From Octopus bimaculoides (Eukaryota): a DNA stretch of 64,000 bases. How positions within the stretch are numbered: position 1 is the stretch's first letter; every line of letters begins with the position of its first letter. The notes below the pieces were generated by a model. That model saw only the letters and a list, made by a program, of their open reading frames with translations, did not search any database and was not told where the DNA came from. Of this stretch, positions 26,573 to 39,111 are shown piece by piece. A program made the translations under genes and the position numbers. The DNA lies in NCBI RefSeq assembly GCF_001194135.2, contig NC_068984.1, positions 17,923,765 to 17,987,764 of the forward strand, written 5' to 3'.

Positions 26573-28723
26573 TAAGCTTAATATTCATTCTATTTTGGGA
26601 GTTCATTTGATCTATCCATGTCTTAGGTATTGTTATAGCTAGAAACTAGATGGTCTGTTGGCATAATAGTAAATAGCTAAACTGGACTTGACCTGGCCTA
26701 GACTATCAAATTGACAAGCAATTTACAGTGCATATCTTGCCAAGTTCCAACTCATTGTTCTGGAATCAATAATGGCTCTATAATGTACTAAGTTCTGTAT
26801 ATTGAGTAATCTTATCCATAAATATATTCTCAGTTACTTTAGTAACAAGAATTTGCTGGTCAGGGGATGTTTTGTAACATCTTGTGCTAATTGTTTCAAC
26901 ATTATCTTAGGTAATCAATGCTTCACAATTCGAAGTATCCCCCTAACAGGCTAAATTGTAGTAAGCTGGGCAGAAAGGTATAATTAGTGTTTTGCTCCTT
27001 TTAATGAAAAAAGTTTCACATAAAAGGCACCCATGTTGGTGACATGTAAAAGGCACCCAATGCACTCTTTAAAGTGGTTGGCATCAGGAAGGGATTTAAC
27101 TGTAGAGCCTGATGCAGCTCTCCGGCTTACCAGCTCTGGTCAAACAGTCTAACTCATGCCAGCATGGAAAATGGACAATAAATGATAATACTGATGTTGG
27201 TGTCCTGCACTTGTTGGAGTAAAAAATCTTTTAATGATCTCAGATATAAAACTGCTGAGTTGATTGTTATCTACACATTTATAGAGAACATGCATGTTTG
27301 CTTTTGTGAAGAATTCAGTATTTTGAAGTAGTTGTAATTCCAGATCTAAAGCCAATATATTGACATCTATAAAGGGAAATTATAAAGCTTGTTTGAGTCT
27401 ATACATTGTTTCTGGTTGTCTGTAGAATACCGAAACTTCCTTGCACACGGTGCTAAATTTCATTGACTGAATAAATAGGCAAGATTAGTCATTATTAGTG
27501 TATGATTCCTGAATAATTTGGTGATAATTACTATTATTATTACATTGTTATTTCTTGCGATATTTTTAAATAGTATGGCTTGTGATATTTTGTCTAATTA
27601 AGTAGAAAGGGGTTAATAAAGTAAACGGTAAGATCTGAAGAAAGTAACGAAGGTCTATGTAGGTAATTAGTGGGTTAATAAAATGTACTGCCTGAAACGT
27701 TAGACTGTTCCTTCTCTTCATGACAAACTATTTCATTCCACTTTTGAACTGTTTATAAACAGGTTAATGTATTTTCAGCTCCTGGTGTGGTGCTTATTTT
27801 ATTTCTGATAAATACTTCAGCAAAATAGTTGACAACATTTACACTATTGTATTGAAACTGTGTATTGTAATCTAGTGCTGGTTCCACGGTAAAGTGCAAA
27901 AGTGCACCCAGTACACTCTGTGAAAGCAATTGGTGATAGAAAGGAGATCTGGCTGTAGGAACCAGGCTCTAAGTGAAATTTGTGAGATCTGGTCCTCTGA
28001 CCTATCCAGGAGAGCAGTAACTCTGAATAAAGACCAACATGGATTGTAATGATCTGTCCAACCCATCCATTTTTGAAAGTGAACATAAAATAAATTTGAA
28101 ATAGCAGAACGAAAAGAAAAAGTATTAATTAAAAATTATCTAATGGAGGAAATTGTTCAATATATCCGAAAAGGTCTTATTTTGGTATCAAAAATTGGCC
28201 ATTATAATTCAAAATCCTTTTCCCCATAAAAGCCAAAAGGAAATTCTGATTAACAACAAAAATCATTAATTAATCTATTAAACTCTCCTCCATCTAACCA
28301 TCATCAGCATCATTATTGCCAGTTACTAACATGCAAATCAAATATTCCTCTCCAAAATGCAGTTCTCTCATTGTGTAACCAATCTCTGCTGTGTCCAGGC
28401 TACACTAAAAGATGGTGTCTATATTTATGTGGAATCTACTCTCTTTACCACTCTTCTAAAATATTCTTGTATACATTTATACTGTATATACAAATGTAGA
28501 GGCACTAGAGGCAACGTTTGTTCCGAAGTAACTTCTAAAAGAAGTTTCTGTGTTAAAAAACAAAACATAAAGCTCATCATTGGATCAGTGTTTTAATCTA
28601 ACACTATTTCAGTTGTGTATAATTGATTTAATTTTAGCCCAGCTTTTACACAAATTGGTGAATGTTTTCTTTAGTAATTTCTATATCAGAAAAATATTTT
28701 TAACTCCACTTAAAATATCCAAG

Positions 28724-28813
28724 GGTATTTGTCAATGGGAGACTAAAAAAGGCTGAAACACTGTGTTTCAAATCTGCTGACGACATTCTGAGCAAGATCT
28801 GCATTCTTAATAC
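28724..28813 (+). CDS. Candidate 90-nt exon (RVFVNGRLKKAETLCFKSADDILSKICILN), unknown protein
   Basis: Open frame ending at AC|gtaagt; phase 2-2; acceptor weak (tatccaag|). Confidence 0.25.
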
Positions 28814-29402
28814 GTAAGTCTCTTTGAGAAGTTTCTCAGACACAAAACATTACAGCTAGTGCCATTCTACATTTGTATATAAACATTTTAATCTTATGCA
28901 GTTTCAAAGGCATATATTGATCGAACAGAACTTCTAGTTATTCTGGCTCAATGTCTTCCCCATTTATCTAAGTTCATCTGCTGTTTCTACTGCTATCCCA
29001 ACAGCTCTATCCCAACAGCTCTTTATCTATTGTTCTGTTTTGAGGATAATTATCTCAACTCAGTTCTCTAAAACACTTACCCTCAGTGACATCAATTTAA
29101 GCCTCTCTTAGTTCCCACACTCTTAACCAAGACAACCCACTTCACATCTACCTATTGCACAGCAACCTCTTTCTAGAACCCTGTTGGTATTAAGAATCAG
29201 GTAACCTATTTCATACATATACTATCTCTGGAAACAAAAGACCTTGTAAATCTCCTCCTATGGGGATGTGAAAATCTAATCTACTTCAATGCACAAAAAT
29301 ACAATTGCTACACATATTAAATAAAAATTCTTGTACTCCATTCACACTCTACATGAGCAACACACAACTCAAGTCCTCAGTGTAGAACTTTTGATTTCCT
29401 TA

Positions 29403-29813
29403 TGTGCAAGTGTGGCTGTGTGGTTAAGTTCACTTCCCAACCATTTGGTTTCTAGTTCAGAGTGCCTTGGGAAAGTCTTTTACTATATCCTCTGGCCAGC
29501 CAAAACCTTAAGTGGTCTTGGTTGATGGAAACTGAAAGAAGCTCATCGTGTGTGCATGTACATGCATGGGTGTGTGTGTGTATGTTTGTACTTCCCATTG
29601 CGACATCACACATTTGTTGTAAATGAGTGTTACTGTCACAAGCAGTGTGCTTTGTTTCTAGCCTGTCTTGAAATCGTGTCTGGCCACAAGGAAATATTAC
29701 TTGCTTGGAAACAGATGATTTGGCAATACAGGACGTTCAGCTCTGGATCTGCCTGAATAAACTGTCTGACCCATGCAAACATTCTATAGGTGGATGTTAA
29801 GATGATGATGATG
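29403..29813 (+). mobile_element. SINE family B2
   Basis: Head 'gtggctgtgtggttaag', CORE-like 'gccttgggaaagtc', tail 'acccatgcaaac...ggatgttaagatgatgatgatg'. Confidence 0.75.
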
Positions 29814-30268
29814 ACCTCATCACCGAATATACATTCCAAGGATTAAGACTTCATCTTCTGGGCCAGAAAACATAGGTCTTGATTAGTTGCTACCCTTGAT
29901 AACACACAAGTGAACCATATTGGAGTTCTTTCTTCTCTTGTATCTAACATAGTACTGATAGAACAGACTTGTCACAGACCACCTTAGACCTTATGCGGAA
30001 GGACTGGTCGGCAGAAAGTTACCCACCAACACATTACAAACAACTTGCCCACGTATTTCTTCTTTCCATTCCTTCTCCTATTACTATAACAACTGATGCT
30101 ATTTTGAACTTGTAACTTGCATTCCATTTCTCCCCTCACCTATGCAATGCACCTGTTTCTCTTTCTCCTCTTCATCATCCAGACTATTTTAACTAATTTC
30201 CTTCACTCCTTCTCGAAGTTGTAGTCTTCTGTAATTCTCTTTGCATGTTTTATTTTTTTTTTCTACAG

Positions 30269-30353
30269 GTGTCAAACTGAACATCTATTACATCAGAGGG
30301 GAGGGGCATACAAATGTAATGAGCACAGCTCTTCCGCTTCAAAGAAAAAGTGA
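30269..30353 (+). CDS. Candidate terminal exon (CQTEHLLHQRGGAYKCNEHSSSASKKK*)
   Basis: Strong acceptor gttttattttttttttctacag|G; phase compatible with 28724-28813; an alternative frame GVKLNIYYIRGEGHTN|gtaatg also exists. Confidence 0.3.
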
Positions 30354-30857
30354 AAAAAAAAAAAATGAAATTAAAAAAATAATAGTTTTCTTGGCACAAT
30401 CAGTAGCATGCTGAACTAAATAGTTTTGCACAAAATATGCCGTCTGTTATTATTCTGGGGTTATTTCCCCCTTGGATTGAGTTTGCTCTTGATTCCTCTG
30501 GGGTTGATAAATTAAGGTAACATGGAAGAAACAAGGGGTTAAGTTAGCTATCTCCCACTTATGTAAATTTATACTGTGTTCTTAAAATGAAATGGAGATT
30601 GATATGGTAATGTATTCAAGGCTGTTTACAAATGTAAATGGACTGAAATTTCTTTAGCAATGAACAGAATCCAGTGATCTTTTGTTAACATTAATATAAC
30701 AACATACTGAGACAATATTAATTCTGTGGCTATTAGGACTGTGAGATTTAGCAAAAGGGGTAAGATACTGCACTACATTGCTTATTTTTTTCTGTCTCTG
30801 AAAACCTGCTAGAGGTTGACTTTTAGCTTGTTCCTCTCCGCAGCAACAATCAACAAG

Positions 30858-31072
30858 TGTTCAGATTATTCTGTGAAATGTAATGCTTATTTATTCATTG
30901 TTTTGAATTGATCATGCATGGTCTCATGGCTTTGAGATTTCGATGATGTGATTGTTTATTTTTAGAATGACATTGTAGGATAGGTGTAAGAGGCTGGATC
31001 TGACTGGTTTGAGCATGAAACAAGTAAAATATTTGGCCTGATATGACTACTTTAAAGCAAGTGGGGGGTTAA
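30858..31072. mobile_element. piggyBac-like MITE (family E), copy 5, one end decayed
   Basis: Internal sequence 'ttcagattattctgtgaaatgtaatgc...gatgatgtgattgtttatttttagaatgac' shared with the family; ends GGGTTAA. Confidence 0.7.
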
Positions 31073-31089
31073 TCTTATAGGTTCCATGA

Positions 31090-31250
31090 CATTCTTTTCT
31101 ATTTTTTTCTTCTTCTCTCCTCAAAAACACCCTTGGCCTCATTTCTCCCTTCAGCTTTAGCCATTCTGTTCTTGGCCTCCACCTTTCTCTATTTCCATCC
31201 ACATTCATTTCCATCTCTCTTTTCCTCCTGTCCTGTTCATCCTTCCTCTG
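31090..31250 (-). mobile_element. Decayed RTE-type LINE ORF2 3' fragment
   Basis: Minus-strand EMEMNVDGNRERWRPRTEW resembles the RTE C-terminal motif V(E/D)GxRxRGRPxxxW. Confidence 0.45.
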
Positions 31251-31849
31251 CATTTGACCCAGTCATCTCATCACCATTATTCTTCACAAAACCCCTCACT
31301 GACTCAATCGATATCATTCTCTGCAATTCAGTATCTGCTTTCCTTTATTTAGAAGTTGATGAAACCTGCACCACTAATACGCATTGTGTATATTCCTTTC
31401 AAAATTTGGTCTTGTCTCAGTCAAGAGATTATTATTGATATTGGTAACTTGACAAAATTGGTAGAAGCAATGACCTGCTTTACTGTATTATATTCCTTTT
31501 CTCCGAGTTCAAATACTGCTGGGTTCCACTTATTTTATCAATCTCAAAGGACTAGAAAGCTAAGTCAAGCACTGGTCAATATATGACTATTCTCTCACAT
31601 GAAGTTATTGCATGTATGTTAGGAATTATTACTGTGATTGGAATGACAAATACCATAACAAGATTTATAAGCTCTTAACTGTGGTCCTTTTAATTCCACA
31701 TACTGCAAATATCTTGGGAGTGCCACGAGTTTTATAAGAATACCATTTCTCTTAGATTTTCAAAATGAAAACCAAAAGTTATCACTTTACGTACATCAGG
31801 ACTTAAGTCGTTGGTTATTATTGTTTAGTTCACTCAGATTTGTTTCACA

Positions 31850-32356
31850 CTTGCTGTTGACCTTCTTTTGTTTCCCTTCTACCGGAAATCCCTTTTGTTT
31901 TGTTGCCAACCAACTCCCTAGCTATCCCGCAGCAAAGTTTCTGTCTACAGTTCGTCTGTTACGAATCCTGCCCTACACCCTCCCTTTTGCTTCACCGTTT
32001 CGTCTTTTCTTTCCTTTACACTTCTCTTTTTCCCCCTCCTCTCTCTCACTTCTAATCTATTCCTTCCATACCACCAGAAATTATCTCCAATAGACAGTTT
32101 TGCTCTGAAATGTAAAGATTCTTATTCTCCTCTATGGCAAATTAATTTAGTACATTTTTGAACTGTTTACAATCACTAATTGCCAACACAGACTAACACC
32201 AGTTTCACCCCTCCCCCGTTCCTATTGTTTATTACATCACAAGTCCTCCCAAGTAATAAATATCACTTAAGACAGGAATTGATCAATGACCCCACTTCCA
32301 CTTGGCAATGACGTCTGCTCCCACTTTAGGTGTTGTTCAGGTGTATGTATGTGAGT
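31850..32356 (+). promoter_or_regulatory. Candidate promoter and first exon
   Basis: TE-free, pyrimidine-rich stretch with several CpGs; ETS-like ACCGGAAAT (31881) and CACTTCC (32293), CRE-like TGACGTC (32309), GTGAGT donor at 32351. Confidence 0.3.
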
Positions 32357-32680
32357 GTGTGGTTGAATTGAAACAGATGTGTGATGTTTCGTTGTTGTTG
32401 CTTGCAAGTATTAAGAATGCAATAAATCTTTTTTTTCTAGTTGTGTCATTGTAAATAATCAATAGCAACCACGATTAGAAACAGTTTAAACAAAACAAAT
32501 GTAACATCTGCCATGGAAAAACCTGATGCTCTAAATAATAACCACAAATGAGAAAGTATGAGGAATAACGAAATGACATGTATTAAAACATGACCTACAT
32601 GTTTGTCATCCTTTCAATTTCGGTCAAACTTGGTTGCTCAAACTGCTGACCAGAAGTGTCCAATCTGTGACCATGCTTTC

Positions 32681-33075
32681 TCTTTTACTTGCTTCAGTTA
32701 TTTGACTGCGGCCATACTGGGGCACCACCTTTAGTCGAGCAAATCGACCCCAGGACTTATTCTTTGTAAGCCTAGTACTTATTCTATGGGTCTCTTTTGC
32801 CGAACTGCTAAGTTACGGGGATGTAAACACACCAGCATCGGTTGTTAAGCAATGTTGGGGGGACAAACATATACACAAACACACATACATATGTATATAT
32901 ACATATATACGACAGGCTTCTTTCAGTTTCTGTCTACCAAGTCCACTCACAAAGCTTTGGTCGGCCCGAGGCTATAGTAGAAGACACTTGCCCAAGGTGA
33001 CACGCAGTAGGAATGAACCCGGAACCATGTGGTTGGTAAGCAAGCTACTTACCACACAGCCACTCCTGCACCTAT
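32681..33075 (-). mobile_element. Full-length CORE-type tRNA SINE, family B1 (octopus OR2-like)
   Basis: Reverse complement reads 'aggtgcaggagtggctgtgtggtaagtagcttgc...ccgggttcattcc...caccttgggcaagtgtctt' (box A, box B, CORE-like), with an internal (TA/CA)n. Confidence 0.92.
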
Positions 33076-33251
33076 AATGCTGTCCATTTTTTTTTTTCTT
33101 TCTTCAGACCAAGTGTGTCTAGGACTATTATTCAATGTAGTTTTGTCCTTTTAGTAGATAATGTGGTATAGGGAAATTTCCAGCAAGTTAAGCAAACACA
33201 TAACTAAATTTCTGTCTCCTAAAATGGTTTACAGGAATCCTCATTTATGAC

Positions 33252-33600
33252 ATAGGCATGGTTATGAGGTTAAACACGCTTTGCAACCACATGGTTTCAG
33301 GCTCAATCCCACTGCTCTTACCTTGAACAAGTGTCTGCCAGAGCCCTAGGCCAACTAATGCCTTCTAAGTGAATCTGGTAGATAAGAACTCTGGAAGCCT
33401 GTGGTGTGGCGTTGCATTGGGTTGCAACACAACCACTTGAGAACCAGTGTTGGTCTATGTTCTTGTAACTTAATGGTTTGGCAAAATAACTGAAAGAATA
33501 GATATCAGATTTAAAAATAAGCCCTGGGGTCAATTTGTTCAACTAAAACTCTGAAAGGCAGTGCTCTCAGCATGATTGTAGTCCAATCCCTAAAACATAT
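33252..33600 (+). mobile_element. SINE family B1, decayed
   Basis: 'caaccacatggtttcaggctcaatcccactgc...ccttgaacaagtgtct...gtgaatctggtaga'. Confidence 0.75.
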
Positions 33601-33630
33601 CAAAGAGGAAAAAGATATTATTTACCAAAT

Positions 33631-34685
33631 AAGCACAGGTGTGACTGTATGGTAATAAGCTTGCTTCCGAACCTCATGGCTCTGGGTTTAGTCCCACTGC
33701 GTGGCACCTTGGGCAAGTGTCTCCTATAGCCTCAGGCTGACCAAAGCTTTGTGAGTTGATTTGGTAGATGGAAACTGAAAGAAGCCCATCGTGCATATAT
33801 GTATGTATACACACAGGGTGCAGTGAATAAATTGTCTAAATTATGCAAAAGTGAAAATAACACTGACATCTCTTTTTAACAGATATATTTACCAAAATTA
33901 CATAAAAATATCTTGAAATACTAAAGAGTAAATTTATTCAATAAAATCGCCATTGGCTTTCGCCATGGCCCCCAGATGACTTCGGAATCTCCTGCAGCTC
34001 TTCTGGACAGTCTCCATGTTTAAGTTGGTGAATGCTGCTATAATCCTTGCCTTCAGTTCATCTTTGGTGTTGCAAGGAATTTTGTTGGTCTCCCACTTAA
34101 CTGCCCCCCCCCCTCACGTAATAATCAAAGGGATTGTAGTTTGGGGAGTTAAGATGCTAGGGGAGATGTGTTCACAAATTATGTGCCATGGCTGGGTTCT
34201 CCTGCTTGTGTGGCATGGTGCAGAGTCCTGTTGCCAGACATAGGGTCTCCCAGCAGCCACCCTCTTGACTCAGGGCAGCACTACCTCCTCCAGGCACTTG
34301 ATGTAAGCCTCCCTGTGGAGTGTGAGGCCATGTGGGAAGATGAATGAGGCATAATGTCACCATCATAGTGATCACTCCAAACACCATGATGTTGACTGGA
34401 TGTTTGGTATTTATCACTCTCAGTAAAAGTATAAGATGATGTCAATTTATCCATCACATAGTGTGTGGTTGTTTGTGTCTGTGCATGTGTGTTTGTTCAT
34501 CCCCATCACTTGACAACCAATGTTGGTGTGTTTACATCCCCATAACTTAGTAGTTCAGTGAAAGAGACCGATAGGATAAGTACTAGGCTTACAAAGAATG
34601 TCCTGGGTCAATTTTGTTTGACTAAAACCTCCGAAGGTGGTGCTCCAGCATGGCCAGTTAAATGACCAAAGCAAGTAAAAGAAAA
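33631..34685 (+). mobile_element. SINE family B1 split by a DNA transposon insertion
   Basis: 5' half at 33631-33813 and 3' half at ~34460-34685 are collinear with intact B1. Confidence 0.85.
33814..34425 (-). mobile_element. Tc1/mariner (maT/DD37D-like) transposon 3' fragment with transposase pseudogene
   Basis: Minus strand gives KHPVNIMVFGVIT...EAYIKCLEEVVLP*VKRVAAGRPYVWQQDSAPCHTSRRTQ...ANGDFIE* (stop 33934-33936); one terminus begins CAGGGTG. Confidence 0.88.
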
Positions 34686-34693
34686 AATGTATA

Positions 34694-34914
34694 TTTCTCT
34701 ATTCCCCACAAGGGGCTAGACTTATTGGACAAACAAGGACAGACAAAGAGATTGTCGATTACATCAACCCCCAGTGCATAACTGGTACTTATTTAATCGA
34801 CCTTGAAAGGATGAAAGGCTAAGTCGACCTCGGCGGAATTTGAACTCAGAATGTAGCGGCGGACGAAATACCGCTAAGCAATTCACCTGCTAACGATTCC
34901 ACCAGCTTGCCACC
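34694..34914 (-). mobile_element. SINE family A
   Basis: 'gaaaggatgaaaggctaagtcgacctcggcggaatttgaactcagaatgtagc'. Confidence 0.9.
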
Positions 34915-35284
34915 TTAAAAAACAAAAAAATCTTTGCAGATTACTTTACATAGATCTTCAGTGATATACACAAAGAAAAGTATTTAAAAACTTTTTTTTT
35001 CTTTTTGTAGTTTGCAAAGTTGCAATCAGATTATTAATATTCAGTTTAAGATTTCAACTATTTTATAAAACAAAAATGAATTTGTAGCTGCTTTTACTGT
35101 ACTTAGTATTGCTTTTTTTTTTTTCCTTCTCTGTTGTTTGTTTACTTGTTCCATTTAGACGTTCAGACCACTTGTGATTAGCTTTCGTAGTTTTTGTAGT
35201 TTCACCGAGACACATTTGGAAATTAAAATTTCAAGCTTCAGCTTAAATATATACTGCATTTGATAAATGCCACACATAGACACA

Positions 35285-35323
<39 letters not shown>

Positions 35324-36068
35324 TAACACTTCACACGTACATGTGTGTATTTATATGAAGCAATTTCAAATGGAAATGCTTACTTTAAGATCTGTAATTT
35401 AGTTTAATGATCTGATATATTCCTGTATCACATAGTACTTGTCTCTAACCTTTCATTACCAATAGAGCAAAGTAAAATATATTATTGAGAAGATCTTTCA
35501 TTTGACAAAAAAAAAAAATGTCCATTTTGTTTTATTGCTTTTGATTTCTCTTTTTTTTTTTTTATCTATTTATCTGTGTAAAATGTTATCCAGTCTTTTA
35601 AATGGCTGGAATTTATTCCTTAGATTTTGTCTAAGATATTTTTGTTATTTTTTAGAAATAAAACTAATTTATACTTTGTTTGCCAAAATTTATGACAAAT
35701 TAATGTCTTCTTGGTTTCTTCCAAAAATCATTGTGATCATTGCTTTAATGTCTGCTGTTCCATGCTGACATCGGTCAGACAAAAATTCAATGAAGCAGTT
35801 TTTCTGTGGCCAGATGCTCTCTTNNNNNNNNNNNNNNNNNNNNNNNNNNNNNNNNNNNNNNNNNNNNNNNNNNNNNNNNNNNNNNNNNNNNNNNNNNNNN
35901 NNNNNNNNNNNNNNNNNNNNNNNNNNNNNNNNNNNNNNNNNNNNNNNNNNNNNNNNNNNNNNNNNNNNNNNNNNNNNNNNNNNNNNNNNNNNNNNNNNNN
36001 NNNNNNNNNNNNNNNNNNNNNNNNNNNNNNNNNNNNNNNNNNNNNNNNNNNNNNNNNNNNNNNNNNNN

Positions 36069-36310
36069 TGTGCGGGTGGCACATAAAAGACACCATTTCG
36101 AGCGTGGCCGTTTTCGTGCGGGTGACACGTAAAAGCACCCACTACACTCTCTGAGTGGTTGGCGTTAGGAAGGGCATCCAGCTGTAGAAACTCTGCCAAA
36201 TCAGACTGGAGCCTGGTGTTGCCATCCGGTTTCACCAGTCCTCAGTCAAATCGTCCAACCCATGCTAGCATGGAAAGCGGACGTTAAACGATGATGATGA
36301 TGATGATGAT
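36069..36310 (+). mobile_element. Family C element 3' part, apparently young (CpGs retained), following an assembly gap
   Basis: 'ggttggcgttaggaagggcatccagctgtagaaactctgcc...catgctagcatggaaagcggacgttaaacg(atg)n'. Confidence 0.9.
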
Positions 36311-37066
36311 ATGGTTCATTCACACATACATGACTGCAAGTCTGCACGAGAGAGGCATGCATACACAAATGTATGCCTGCACATCTGTAACAAATCTATA
36401 CTCTTCTGCATGTGCACATGCATACACAGGTATATGCACACACCAGCACTCACACATGAACACATACCTACATGTGCATATACTTTCACACCTGCACCTA
36501 CATGCACCTGCTTGCAGACGTTTGTACTTTTATGCCTTACATTCCAATGCATATATTTTCTTTGTGTTAGATATGTTAGAGCATCTTTTGAAAAATGAAG
36601 GACATCAGTTGTAATCTAATCATTAAAAAGAAGTGGGGCAATTGTTGTGTGCCCAATGAACTGCAGCAGATCGTTAATGGGCTCTGCCGCAGGGACAACA
36701 CAGTTGATATGCCCAGGCTGGAACATATGGCGAGGAGAGAAATTATTGGGAAGGCATCGAACCATGAAACTCCTGTTAATTGTTATAAGGTGGAAAATGT
36801 ATTGATTTGATCATGACATCCAACATGTTGCAGATATAGCCATGTGTGGACAAAACTCTTGTAGAAAAGGGATAGGGAGAGCATGAACAGGAATGGTCGG
36901 TCAACATCAAGGAATGAATGAGGAGGAAGATGGTGGGAAGGTTGAGGTAACTGATGATTGGGGAAATATAGAGAGGGGGATGAATCTCTTTCTGTGAACT
37001 TTACAGCCTCCCTTGGTTATGGAAATTGATTGATGATAGTGTCTAATGGTTCATAACCATTGCTTC

Positions 37067-37115
<49 letters not shown>

Positions 37116-37654
37116 ACATTGAAATTTGTACCAATGAATATTGACATAAAATCCTGGCAGTTGATAATTTTATTCATATTGTTTAGTCCACAAGATTAAA
37201 TTAGCCTTGACTGAGCAGATTTGTCTTCACAAAAGCATTCCAGCCATGGCCGTCTTGGCAGTTAGTATATCAGTGTATTATCCGATGCATCCTTCCTTTT
37301 CTAAGACAGCAAGATGTGTTTTGACAGAGGTTTGGCTGCTGTTTATAGCAGATTTAGTATCTGCATGGAAACTTTATTGGTGGTAAGGAAATACAGTGTA
37401 CAAGAAATGAGATTAAGATATTGAGACATTAGTTACTGGATAAATTCTAGACTAAGAAGACATAACACATATACACACATTGTTTCTCTCTTTATTCTAA
37501 AGTGAAAGTAGATGTCATATTAGCAAAGGAAATGTGCTAACTATCTGGCAGTCTTTATCATTTCCATTAAGGAAAAATCTTTTCTTTTCAATATCATTGT
37601 TTATATTTTGTGCATGTCAGTGATTAAATCTCATTGAGATGAATCAAGATTGGT

Positions 37655-37800
37655 TCTGAGTTCAAATTCCGCTATGGTTGACTTTTCCTTTCATCCTTTC
37701 GGGGTCGATAAATTAAATACCAGTTAAGTACTGGGGTCAATGTAATTGACTATCCCCCTCCCTCAAAATTTCAGGCCTTGTGCTTACAATAGAAACAATT
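37655..37800 (+). mobile_element. SINE family A, 5' truncated
   Basis: 'tctgagttcaaattccgc...catcctttcggggtcgataaatt...aaatttcaggccttgtgc'. Confidence 0.85.
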
Positions 37801-39111
37801 TATTCATTCCTCATAATTCTTTGTTTCTTCAAGAGGAAATTGTAACAATGGAGTGAATTCTTATTTCTAAAAGAATAAATACTAAGCTCTGTGTATTTGA
37901 GGACTTGCTCTCCCATTTCTGTGTGTGTAGCTACATACAAAGATAACACTTATGTTTCTGGTAAAGAGAGTATTTGTGGAAGTATAGGACTTTGGAAAGA
38001 AGTGGTGTGGTTTGATTTCCAAGACCTGGGCCTTGCAGAAAGGAGGACAAGACAGGATATTGATATGTTGAATAACTGACTCACTCAAGCCATACCAGCA
38101 TGGAAAAACATACATTTTAACAATGATGATGGTTGATTGAGGTCATTGACATCTAAATAACACCTTCATATTCTGACAGAATGACGAACAATGCAGAGAA
38201 ATAAATAAAATATTGTTCGGGCTGAGAATTAGTTGCAAGTGTGTGAATTACTTGATTGGAATTGGTACATATTATTGCCAGGAATTTAGCACTAAGAGAT
38301 GAATTGTTGGTACCACAATAGTGCTAATAATGATTTCTACATTGGCATAAAATCAAGATTTGTAGGGAGTTCATACATTTGTATCATCAGCTGAATAGAC
38401 TTCTGTACATTGTTGGTGGTTTGTTTTATCAGTGCCAAATGATGAACTGTAAAGATTACTTCAGTTGGTGAACACAGGATGTAAAGGGGATGTAAACAGA
38501 TATTAGTCATTTAGTCAGCACAGATTGAAGTCGTTTAGTATGCCACTTCAGTAGCATTTTATATAATGACTGTGTGTGTTGGGAGAATATGGGTGTATTT
38601 ATACACTTCTCCACCTATCATTTGACTGTACTTAGATGGCTTTTTAAAACTGGAACTCTCACAAGTCATCAATTGTAAGCATTTACAGAAATATAATTTT
38701 TGCAAAATTTCTCTTTTACTTAATAAATAGCACCTCATTTCACCATTGTATTATCACAAATATTCTATTTGGTCTTTCAAGTGTATTGCTTTTGCATAAT
38801 ATTGTATTACTTGAATCTAATTGTTACAACTGAAAGCATAGTTAAAAACCAGGAAAAAAAAAAAAAACCCTGCTGAAAAAGTGTAGCTGAGAAATATTAA
38901 AAATAGAGTAGTTTCTAAAATTTCAATTCAGATCCCAGGAAATTTAATTGTCCATTTTGAAATTTTTTATTGTGCAAGTTTTTTTTTTTTAATATCTGAG
39001 AATAGCTTTTCTTTGATAACCTAAATGTTAAATGTCTGAAGTATGGCTTTTAGATTTGTAGAATTGGTCTGTATGACTGACTATACTTAGCATTTCTGTT
39101 TTTTTTTATAG

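Noticed and set aside
36640-36990. Possible RTE 3' remnant on the plus strand (..EWSVNIKE*..)
   Set aside because: Similarity too faint to call without a profile search
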